Shown piece by piece: positions 14,251 to 24,733 of a DNA stretch of 64,000 nt (position 1 is the first letter of the stretch; the number at the start of each line of letters is the position of its first letter). The DNA comes from Octopus vulgaris (Eukaryota). Under the pieces are notes generated by a model. The model searched no databases. It was not told the origin of the DNA and saw only the letters and a list, made by a program, of their open reading frames with translations. The DNA lies in NCBI GenBank assembly GCA_951406725.2, contig OX597814.1, positions 90,210,001 to 90,274,000 of the forward strand, given 5' to 3'. Both the position numbers and the translations under genes were made by a program.

Positions 14251-14257
<7 letters not shown>

Positions 14258-14803
14258 GATATTATTATAATTAATAAATAATAATATTAGTGGTAATCTA
14301 AAGCACGAACTGTGTTGGCAAGTTTAAAAATATTATGGTACTAGAACGCATCAGGTTTGCTAGAAATAGGAGTCAGATGAACTCTGAAGCCACTGAAAAC
14401 TCAGAGAAAACAAGCATGGTGAAAGCGGGCAGCAAATAAAAGTTATAGCTCTTACCTTTGCGAAAGCCGCGAAAGAAATGGCAGGTAGCAATAACGATTT
14501 CGGACTGTGGGCTAAAAAAAATTATCACTCTTCAGTTATGTTTGCCGCCAAAGAAAAAGCCAAATTTAAAGCCATTCACCTCAACTATGCTTGCGTGTTC
14601 GTGTGAAGTCTCAAGGAACATTCAGAAACGACTTAAGTGATTAATCTATAAATATATAAGGATATTATTATTATTAATAAATATGAATATTAGTGGCAAT
14701 CCAAAGCATGAACCGTACAGGCAAAATTAATAGCATTATGGTACTGGAAAATACCAGCTTTGCAACAAATAGGAGTCGTTTGAATTCCGTAGCCACAGAA
14801 AGC
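14251..14803 (-). mobile_element. Terminally redundant ~403 bp unit with a central hammerhead-like motif
   Basis: 14251-14400 is repeated in diverged form at 14654-14803. Between them, minus strand 14540-14489 reads CATAA-CTGAAGA-...-GAAA-TCG-TTATTG. Confidence 0.55.
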
Positions 14804-15195
14804 TTACATAAGATATAACCATATCTTATCTTTATCCTTCCATATACAGACAGTAGAGTCCACAGTGGCAAAGCTGTCACTCAATATTTTGTTGAAGACC
14901 TTGCATGGATTTCGAATCATTGATTTTGTCTTCATGACACCTTAAAGGAATTACTGAATGCCGCTCTTCTTTGGAACAAAGTTAAATTGGAAGTGCCACG
15001 TCAGCGTAATTCACGCTTCATGTTCGAAAAATATACCTTTAGTAAGCAGAGAGAAACCATGTAAAATGACAGGCGGGCAATTATCTCGCTAACTGCAAAA
15101 TATATTATATAATTGCGAACACACCGACACACGCATATAAACACATTAAATATTGTTATTCTGTCATGTGTTTCAGCCATAAGGTTGTAGCCATG

Positions 15196-15233
<38 letters not shown>

Positions 15234-15395
15234 AGAGAGATTGAGGGAGAAAGGGGACAAGAGCAAATGAGAGACATATTGTATAGTTATGTTTGTATAT
15301 ATTTTGGATGGTTATCTACGTTCTATCTACCTATCTATCTGTCTATCTATCTATCTCTACACACGTACACACACACATACACATACACACACACT

Positions 15396-15427
<32 letters not shown>

Positions 15428-15857
15428 CATATATAAACATATGTATGCATGTGCGAGTGTGACGAGAAGATATAGTAGCGGAAAGAAAATTCAGTTAAAG
15501 ATAATTAGACAACATAAGGACGATGGCATAGTAAATCACACTATGAGATGACATAAAACACATCAGGTACGTAATTGGATGAAGTTTATTTCACTTAGGT
15601 TTCATTTCTTTCTTTCAAATCTGTGAAATGAGTCACGCCAATAACGTTGTCAGGGAGGACATATGATCGTGTACGTCAATAAATACCACCTGTGATCCTT
15701 TGTGCTGTCTTATTAGGCGGTAATTGTCAGTATCGATTGTAATAAATTAAAGACAACTGAGAATCCGTCTTGGAAAATCATGAATTTTGTTTTTGGTTCA
15801 TAATATTTCGTTGTACAATTAAAATTGATATCAATATTTTTTTCCTATAATTTTCTA

Positions 15858-16070
15858 TCTTTTATCTTATACTTGTTTCTCTCACCGGACTGCCTCAATG
15901 CTGGAGCACTGTCCTGGAATGTTTTAGTCGAAAGAATCGCTCCAGGTACTTAATATTTGAAACTTTGCACTAATTGTCCCGTTTATTTTTGCTGAAACTT
16001 TAAGAGGATGTCATAGAACGAACACCAGTTGTCAAGCGGCGGTAGGAACAAATACAAGGATTCTCACATC
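15858..16070 (-). mobile_element. Decayed 3' half of an octopus tRNA-SINE (same family as 27659-28020)
   Basis: ATGCTGGAGCAC, TTTTAGTCGAA and GTTGTCAAGCG motifs are shared with 32850-33070 in reverse complement. Confidence 0.65.
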
Positions 16071-16143
16071 AAAATAGGCACACACACTCACAAATGTACA
16101 CACACACTCATACACACACGCATGCACACACACACACCTATTC

Positions 16144-16610
16144 TAGTAACATGGTCCAAAACAAGACTGCCACATTAAGTTGGCAAATAAATTGTACTAT
16201 GTTGTATAATTACTATTTAGATCTCATTCAGAGATTTACAAGTAGCTGTTTTACTCAATACGAGATCAGTGACCATCTGTCACTTCTATATTTATATACT
16301 ACGAGTAGGGTCGAGTAAGCTGCTATCTCTAACCGGTGACTGACCAACACCGAAGACGGGAAATTACCCAAAAACTATTGGTCTGTTGGTACTGCTAGAG
16401 TTTAAGAGTGAGTAGTACGCTCCTTTTGTCACAGTATATTTCAGAGACAGATTGTGTCGATAACCAGTTGGAAAAGATGTTTTCTTGGGGTTAAAATGTA
16501 GTAACATGGCCCAACAAGGACTGCCACCTTACGTTGGCAAATAGATTTTACTATGCAGTATAGCTACTACATAGATCTCATTTAGAGGTTTAAAACTTAC
16601 CTGTTTTACT

Positions 16611-16614
<4 letters not shown>
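16144..16614 (+). mobile_element. Terminally redundant ~355 bp unit with a central type I hammerhead (retrozyme or tandem-pLTR-like)
   Basis: TAGTAACATGG...CTGTTTTACTCA at 16144-16257 recurs at 16499-16612. HHR motif at 16343-16390. Flanked by (CA)n tracts. Confidence 0.7.
16343..16390 (+). ncRNA. Type I hammerhead ribozyme relic, CCGAAGA core
   Basis: ACCAACA-CCGAAGA-CGGG-AAATTA-CCCA-AAAA-CTATTGG-TC-TGTTGGT. Perfect 7-bp stem I and a GUC triplet. Two G>A changes would explain the loss of CCCG-GAAA. Confidence 0.65.
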
Positions 16615-16694
<80 letters not shown>

Positions 16695-17528
16695 CGCAAT
16701 AGAGGGCATTAAAACGTTCGGACAGATAGACGACACAAAGGCGTGGAAGGAGGAGAGATGGGTGGGGGACAGCGGGATTGGAAGATTAGTCTTTGAAATT
16801 CTGACGCATAGCTACATATGGAAGCTGAAAATTATGATTACTGGATGCTTTGAATCGCCAGGTCTCCATGTTCTACAAGTGTGACAGACCATGAGGACCA
16901 GATTATGATCTCAGTAACAGGAGATCACATGAGAGAGAAAATAATAGGCCTTCCTCTTCACAGATCCTGACATTTTAAAAGAGAGCATTTGGAGCAAACT
17001 TTGACAAAGAGCAATTAGCGCTAAGGATGGAATTCGAGAAATCGGAGTGACACCAGGTACTAATTAATAGGCTGAAATCTAACACTGATAAATTTAGAGA
17101 ACAGTGCAAAATGGATTTCTTAAAACATTTCTTCAAATATCGAAGATCATCTCTGTTTCTAGTGCAATATTTTCACTACTATTATTGAATTCATTCGTTC
17201 ATTAATATTTAATTTTCGGGGAAAAAAAAAATCCGATCGATAATGATTTTGTTCTTAAGGTAAACAGTTACAGATTTTCGCGCTGTAGATGACCTTCAAT
17301 TTCTATAAAATAAATAATTTAATTAAATGGATCAGGTAACAAATATTCGCAGGTAACGCACGCAGATACACGCAATTGCACGCACGCATTGAGACACACA
17401 AATACCTACATACCTTGATAGCTAGCAAACTGGATAAGTAGATACATACATACATGCATACATATATATAAATACATACGTAGACATTTTAGGGAAAATA
17501 ATTAATATATTCACATATTATAGTGATT

Positions 17529-17857
17529 CTAAAAAAGACTCCGCCGGTTACGACGACGAGGGTCCCAGCTGATACGATCAACGGAACAGCTTGCTCGTGA
17601 AATTAACGTGCAAATGGCTGAGCATTCCACAGACACGTGTACCCTTAACGTAGTTCTCGGGGATAATCAGCGTGACACAGAGAGTGACAAGGCTGACCCT
17701 TTGAAATATAAGTACAACTCATTTTTGCCAGCTGAGTGGACTGGAGCAACGTGAAATAAAGTGTCTTGCTCAAGGACACAACGTGTCGCCGGGAATCGAA
17801 CTCACAACCTTACGATTATGAGCCGAATGCCCTAACCACTAAGCCACACGCCCTCAC
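17529..17857 (-). mobile_element. Full-length tRNA-derived SINE with an 11-bp target-site duplication
   Basis: Minus strand: A box TGGCTTAGTGG, B box GTTCGATTC, then GTGTCCTTGAGCAAGACACTT. TSD TTATAGTGATT at 17518-17528 and 17858-17868. Confidence 0.9.
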
Positions 17858-18029
17858 TTATAGTGATTACGTTATAATTAAAAGCTTTTAACCTAAATTT
17901 ATTTTCCAATAAAGATGTTCTTGTAATACAATGACGTTATTATCCTTTTGTCAATTCTATAGTTTATCATAAATCAATTACAAGGAAAAAATACAACTAC
18001 AAGGAGCAGTAAATTTAAGCCCATATGTC

Positions 18030-18275
18030 TATGCGGAGAAAGGATTCACTAGTTCCCTCGATAAAATGTATATTCGACCAAAACACCATCCTTCACATAA
18101 AGAGAGAGACAGAATTGCAATATCATTCGGTTGGAAATACTTTACAGGTAACTAAACTGGAGCAGCTGGAGAAAGCAAACGTCTTGGTGAAGGGGAGAAC
18201 GCGGTATCCGAGGTTGAACTCGTCACAATACTATTGTGAGCCGAACAAGCTAGCCCTTGAGCACATCTTTTCACT
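18030..18275 (-). mobile_element. Old diverged copy of a SINE related to 17529-17857
   Basis: ACTGGAGCAGC...GTCTTGGTGAAGG...GAACTC...TGAGCCGAA is colinear with the younger copy. Confidence 0.5.
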
Positions 18276-18391
18276 AACATACTCAAGTATGTATGTGTAT
18301 ACATATGATTATATATATATGTATATATATATATGAGTGTGTGTGTGTCTGTGTGTATGTATAGATATGTGTGTGTGCGTGTGTATGTATG

Positions 18392-18422
<31 letters not shown>

Positions 18423-18807
18423 GTGCACAAATATATATAATTAGTAAGATTTGTATTTCATGATTGATAAATATTACTACATTCTCTCTATATTGTGAAT
18501 TAAAATCTATCTGTTGTTCTTCATTTTCTCAAGCCATTTGGCACAGCTTGAATGAAACTGGTAACCACTGGCGTTCTTTTGTATTTGAAGTGATGCCATA
18601 TCTTCTGAGGTTTTTTGAGTCTTACCTTATTTTTGCCAGTATGAATGTCATATAACTTCACCCACAAAATTGGCGTCTGAATAGCGAGAAGATACCAGTC
18701 GCGTACTTTTCTTGTTTTTTTCTCTTTGTTTTTCTGGAAGAAAGTGGTTGTGCATAGATCTGGAGGGTGAAGTGCTTCGGTATGCGGAAGACCCAGGTTG
18801 AGACACA

Positions 18808-18848
18808 ATGGCACTAAAGACTCCAAGAAGTGACGTTTCCGATGTGAG
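18808..18848 (+). CDS. Candidate first coding exon (MALKTPRSDVSDV...)
   Basis: Kozak-like acaATGG, a locally GC-richer segment, and donors GAT|GTGAGG or GAG|GTAAAC. A pyrimidine tract and AG lie upstream at 18706-18740. No downstream exons confirmed. Confidence 0.25.
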
Positions 18849-20568
18849 GTAAACCATAAATACACGAACACATGTACGTTTATTTATACACGTATATTTA
18901 TTTATAAATATACAAGTATTTATAAATATAGATAAATAAATATACAATTATATATTCAGTAGAGGCAATTGAGAAAGTATTAAATTAAAAATAGCCATCT
19001 ATGTATCGTACTTAATGTATATACACTGTTGATAGGCGAATTAACCTGTGCTTTGTCCTAATATAAGTGAGATGCTGTATTGTCCTAATCTAAGTGACAT
19101 GCTGTTTTGGAATACAATAGCCATCAGAGAGAGACGAAAATTCTTTCCAACAAATGTCAGTGAGAACGTTAGATACATTTCGGCCTTTTGGAGCTCTTTG
19201 AATGGCGCGTATTCGCACCTAGACACATGCTGCTCTATCGAGAGTATGTATACACTAAGTATAAAACGCAAGTGTCAAATTCAATTAAATACCTTTCAAT
19301 TTCCAATGCCGTATATTTATTTCGGTTGGCAGTGAATGTTTAATTTAATTTATCCTATATCTGATACAACGAATTCTCGCACGAGCAGGTAGTTGGCACT
19401 GAGAAAGCGCCATTGAAACGACCCTAAAAGGCCGAAATTTATCTGATGTTCTGGTCAGTCGCTGTAGCATATTGTGTTTATATGATAGCACATCCTTAAC
19501 GGATGTTATCTCCAAACAAATGATGCACTAACTGGTCTGTTTACACACATATATTGTGTATTTAAATTTATGGGTGAGTGTCTACATGTTTCATTTTCTC
19601 ACTTTCATATAATATCAGTTCATTCTAGTTCATTGGCAAGCTCGTACTGAACAGAAATGTGATTGTGATCTAAAACATGCAAACACACACATACACACAC
19701 ACAGATTCGCGCACATACGCCTATATACATACGTGTATACATGTGCTAACCCACTGACGATATGTTACAAATTAATATACGTGTATCATTTTCATCAAAT
19801 GAAAGTGCATTTGGCACATTCTACTCAATGCATTAATTCCATTCGCAATATAGTCATAACAAAATTTTGATCAAATTAAAACACGAAAAAACTACAAGCC
19901 CATGCCTGATAGATGAAGAATCAATCTGCAAATGATGACAAGTATGTTTTTCTTTGTTATATTATTATGAAACTACATTTCTCACGAATGTTTTTTTTTT
20001 GTTCGATAACATCTAGCATATGTCTTATTAGAAAATGTAGCTAGAAACAAGCAAACACTTCAATGAAAATACAACAATTTAGGTCAATATTGCATTGATA
20101 AATGGTAGTTGGAAACAATACAAAAATCAACATGTGAAACAAAATATAAATGAAGCGTATATGCGAAATAAAAAATCCTTAATATTATATAATTGTGTTT
20201 CCATGTTGGTTTCAATTAATTACAGATTTTCTGCATTGGAAGAAGTTGTTTTCATTTAACCTACATCGTAACCCTTATGGCTTTCTAGAATGATGCTTAA
20301 AGCCTAGCTAAATGTTACAAAAATAAATCTGTGTTTTCTTATTTATACTTAATTTTCCTTGCTGAGTTGGAGTAGTTTAATTTAGTTTCGTCATCACGGG
20401 GAATGTTGAATGTGCAGCGTACTAGAATTAATTAAATAATTAATATAAAATACATTAGAAAATAGCAGATATAAATAGACTCTATTGCTTGATGCATTTT
20501 TAACCCTAGAATCAACGATTGCTCTGTCCTTCAATGTGTATAAAAGTGAAAGTTCTGTACATTATGTA

Positions 20569-21849
20569 CGAGGGGCGTTCAATAAGTAATGCCCCTAACC
20601 CAATTGCAGTTGTTTGATCTAGCTGAAATTTTGCATGAGCAATTATGTATATCTCTATAGATTTAGTGGCAAATTACAGCTCTGAACTAATTGTGGTTTC
20701 CGATTTACAGGTGTTTGAACTGAGTCAAGTGTGAAATGGAGTATGTTCAGTGTCGAGCAGTGATCCGGTTTTTGTATTTGAAAGGGCGCACACCACGGGA
20801 GACTTTTGATGAAATGAAAGTAACTTATGGTGATGATGCCCCATCATATGACCTTGTAAAACGCTGGCATCGTGAATTCAAACATGATCGGAACTCGGTG
20901 GAAACAGCTCCCAGATCTGGTCGCCCCCTTCTGCCATTGATGAGGCATATGCCTGTCAAGTTGAGGCTGCCATTTTGGGAGATCGACGCATAACTATTCG
21001 CCAAATAGCCCATGAGGTCAAGATTAGTACCGGGTCTGGGGAAACTATCATTCATGACCATTTGCATATGCAAAAGGTGTCTGCCAGATGGATTCCCAGG
21101 TTGCTCACACCTTTCCAGAAGCAAGAACGCGTCGATTGCTCGAGGATGAATTCGGAGATGTGCCAAGAAGATGAGTCAAAATTTTTCAAAAGACTGATTG
21201 CATAGGATAAAACCTGCGTCCATCACTATGATCCAGAGACCAAAGCCCAGTCAATGAGGTGGAAGCACCGTGACTCACCTCCTCCAAAGGAGGCAAAGGT
21301 GCAGCCCTCCGCTGGCAAGGTCATGCTTACAGTCTTCTGGGATCAGGACGGAGTAGTGAAGACAGATTTCCTGGCAAAGGGTGCCACAATTACAGGAGTC
21401 TATTATGCTTCACTTTTGAGGAAATTAAGAGAAGCTATCAAAATCAAGAGGCGGGGCAAGATCAGCAAAGGCATCCTCCTCCTGCAGGACAACGCTCCGA
21501 TCCACAACTTGCGTGTCGCCAGATCAGAAGCACAGGCATGCGGCTATGAACTCATCCCCCATCTCCTGACCTGCACCCTCTGATTTTCACTTCTTCCCAG
21601 CCATGAAGTTGTTTTTGAAAGGAAAGCGTTTCCCAGATGATGCAGCCTTGATTTCTGAAGTCACGTCGTGGTTGGAGGACCAAGCTGGGGTCTTCTACAA
21701 AAACGGTCTTCAGAGCTGAATCAAACGATGGGAGAAATGCGCAACTCTGGGTGGTTCCTATGTAGAAAAAGACTAATAACTGTTCCAAGTTTTGTTGCTC
21801 TACTGCTATGGGAAGTGGGTCAGGGGCATTACTTATTGAACGCCCCTCG
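20569..21849 (+). mobile_element. Full-length mariner (Tc1/mariner DD34D, irritans-like subfamily)
   Basis: 34-bp TIRs CGAGGGGCGTTCAATAAGTAATGCCCCT(A/G)ACCCA with 1 mismatch, TA duplication on both sides, 1281 bp long. Confidence 0.95.
20736..21776 (+). pseudogene. Frameshifted mariner transposase
   Basis: PRSGRP, ARWIPRLL, HHYDPETK, SAGKVMLTVFWD, LLQDNAP and PDLAPSDF motifs spread over three frames with stops. Confidence 0.92.
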
Positions 21850-22024
21850 TACTTCGTTACTAGAGAATATTAGTTCTTAAGCTATTTTCGTTATATACTG
21901 ACATATCTACGTTTTGCATTAAAAGATAATGTTTTCTCTTTGTCCCTACATCTGTCAGGTTTGTCCGTGTGGTGCCCTTACCTCAGGAGATGTAAAAACT
22001 CGAATGGAAGAAGCTATATATACA

Positions 22025-23237
22025 CAGGTGTTAGACAAAATAATGGAAATAGCTTAAAATTTCAAACAAATTTATTTTAATATGAGACAGGACCGCCTTT
22101 GGCAGTAATTACAGCATGAATTCTACGAGTTATGGACTCGTACAAAGTTTGAATTGCCCCAAAGGAATTTTTGTCCATTTTCCAACTAAAGAATACTCCA
22201 GTTCTTGCAGTGATTATGGTGTAGGATATTGACTCCTTATTTGTTTTTCTGAAATGCACCATAAATATTCAATAATATTGAGATCTGGGGACTGTGGTGG
22301 CCAGATAAGATGTTCAACTTCACTAGAATGTTCATCATGCCATTCAGTAACAAGTTTAGCTGTGTGAATTGGTGCATTATCACCCTGAAAGATTGCGTTC
22401 CTTTCCGGAAACAGTTCCTCAGCCGTAGGATGAATTTAATCAGATAAAATACTTAGATAGTCTTCACTATTAATTCTACCATGAAAGAGAAAGCATTGGG
22501 CTGGCGGATTTCCAAGATATAGCCCATAAGATCACCACAGATCCTCCCCCTTGCTTAACAGATGGAAGCAGGCAGGCTGGGTCAACTGCTTCGTTTGGCT
22601 GTCTCCACACATATACATGGCCGGTGGTTGAAAATAAGATAAAGGATGACTCGTCCGAGAAAAGAAAACCATACTTCCACTGCTCTAGGGACCAATTCTG
22701 TAGGATTTTATATTACTCTAAACGCTTTGCAACGTTTGTTTTTGAAAATGGTAGTTTTCTGATTGCAACCCTCCAGTGAAATCCGGCGAACAGTTTTTGT
22801 GGAAACTGGGTGTTCACGAGGTGGTCATTAAACTCTGCAGTAATTTTGGGAGCTGTATTTTTGTGTTCCTTTCTAACAATTCGTGTAAGAATCCCACGGT
22901 CCTTATCTGAAAGTTTTGGTATTATTCCGGTGTTTTGTTTCGACGAAGAGGTTTTCCCCTCTTTCTCAAAGGCTGTCATTACTTTTCATGACAGTACCCT
23001 TGATAGACCAAACATTTCGGCTTCGTTACGCTAGCGCCTGCCATACGTGCACCAACACTTTGATCTCTTTGAAAGTCCGATAGATCTGTCATTTTAATGA
23101 ATGTTAATTACCTTTTTCTGATGATATCTGAAAAGAAAAAAAAACACGAAAATAAACAAGCTTTTGACAGTTTTATAGATATTTCAAATATATGATGCTA
23201 TGATGCTAGGTGTTTCTAGTATTTTGTCCAACGCCTG
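22025..23237 (-). mobile_element. Tc1-family (DD34E) element with a decayed transposase (about 23092 to 22077)
   Basis: Imperfect ~27-bp TIRs CAGG(T/C)GTT(A/G)GACAAAATA. Motifs FSDESSF, FQGDNAPIHTA, WPPQSPDLNIIE and RRIHAVITAKGGPVSY. Confidence 0.92.
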
Positions 23238-23291
23238 TATATATAGAGAGAATTGAAGAGGGATGACAAAGAGAAAAGCTGATGTGGCGGA

Positions 23292-23399
<108 letters not shown>

Positions 23400-23749
23400 G
23401 ATAGGCTCTACATTATCCTGCATTTGTGTGCGCAAATCGCGCATACAGGCGATGTGTTTAGTGTAATGAAGCAATTGAATGAAGTTCTATAGATTTATGC
23501 ATTAAAAGATGTATCGAAAGATTGTTAAATTAAAGTGAAATAATTTTAGTTAGCAAATGGCTGTGGACGTAATATTATTATCTTTCACGTGTTCGAGAAA
23601 AGTCTGTGGCTATGCAGGGGCATCGTCATTATTCATTTTTTGTACTACTATGTTTACATAGTTAACGGTATTATGAGAGTAGACAAGTACAAAGCACATA
23701 TGATAGTCAATTAGGTAGAGATAGATAGACGGAGAGATAGATAGACAGG

Positions 23750-23825
<76 letters not shown>

Positions 23826-24008
23826 ATGATAGTTGGATGGATGGATGGATATATGCGTTGGTGATGCTAACGATATATCAATGGATGTGCAGACAGAGAT
23901 GTATTAATAAATTGGTTACTGAAATGAAATGAAAATAATATCAATTGGTAAATAAATCGGAGCGAAATTGGTGGTGGTTGGATAGTGAAAAGTGTAGTTA
24001 TATATATG

Positions 24009-24042
<34 letters not shown>

Positions 24043-24047
<5 letters not shown>

Positions 24048-24667
24048 ACAATTAAGGAATGGCCTTAATAGGCCATTCGTCCACTAGAAAGAGCAGCCAG
24101 GACTCAAACCGCTAAGTAGTAGTAATTCAGAAATTAGGTGAAAATTTAAAAACGTTTACCCTAATTCATCTTTAGATGATGCATCGTTTCAGTGTTTTTA
24201 ATGGTAAACCAGCTTAATTAAATTAAATTAAGTCAATCTACCATAGGTTACACTTCATCAGTAAAGAAACCAGGAGAGACGGATATACACGAGGCGTCTG
24301 TATCAATGCCCTCGGAATATCTGCCTTAAAATTTTCAAGACCATCGTATTCGCGCCAACTTATCAGCAGTAAATATAAACTACCGATTTAATCTCAGAAT
24401 TAGTCAGAGAGTCATCAATTAATCAATTTAGGGTAGCAAAAAATTCAAAGATGAATTAGGGTAAACGTTTTTAAATTTTCACCTAATTTCTGAATTACTA
24501 CTACTTAGCGGTTTGAGTCCTGGCTGCTCTTTCTAGTGGACGAATGGCCTATTAAGGCCATTCCTTAATTGTTAAATTTATATATTTAGTCTTTGACTAT
24601 TTTCTCTTTCCCACTAGACCGCTGGTAGCGATAAATTTCTATTGAATTTTTTGCTACCCTAAATTGA

Positions 24668-24673
<6 letters not shown>
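24043..24673. mobile_element. Hammerhead-bearing mini-element in (TA)n with a double inverted-repeat architecture
   Basis: 131-bp perfect IR 24043-24173 / 24447-24577 and 32-bp perfect IR 24417-24448 / 24642-24673. HHR on the minus strand at 24169-24267. Confidence 0.85.
24169..24267 (-). ncRNA. Type I hammerhead ribozyme with an extended stem II
   Basis: TCTTTA-CTGATGA-AGTGT-[long hairpin ATGGTAGA..CTTAATT/AATTAAG..TTTACCAT]-ACACT-GAAA-CGATGCATCA-TC-TAAAGA. 6-bp stem I and a palindromic stem III (GATGCATC). The triplet is AUC, which mismatches C15.2. Confidence 0.8.

Positions 24674-24733
<60 letters not shown>

Noticed and set aside
17780-17857. tRNA gene
   Set aside because: The A and B boxes belong to a SINE head that continues into a SINE body and is flanked by a TSD.
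18826-18850. Minus-strand GAAACGTC resembling a hammerhead 3' half
   Set aside because: No upstream CUGANGA or stems.
19053-19106. Short tandem duplications (27 bp here, 24 bp at 55494-55541, ~84 bp at 54136-54249)
   Set aside because: Ordinary slippage duplications with no further structure.
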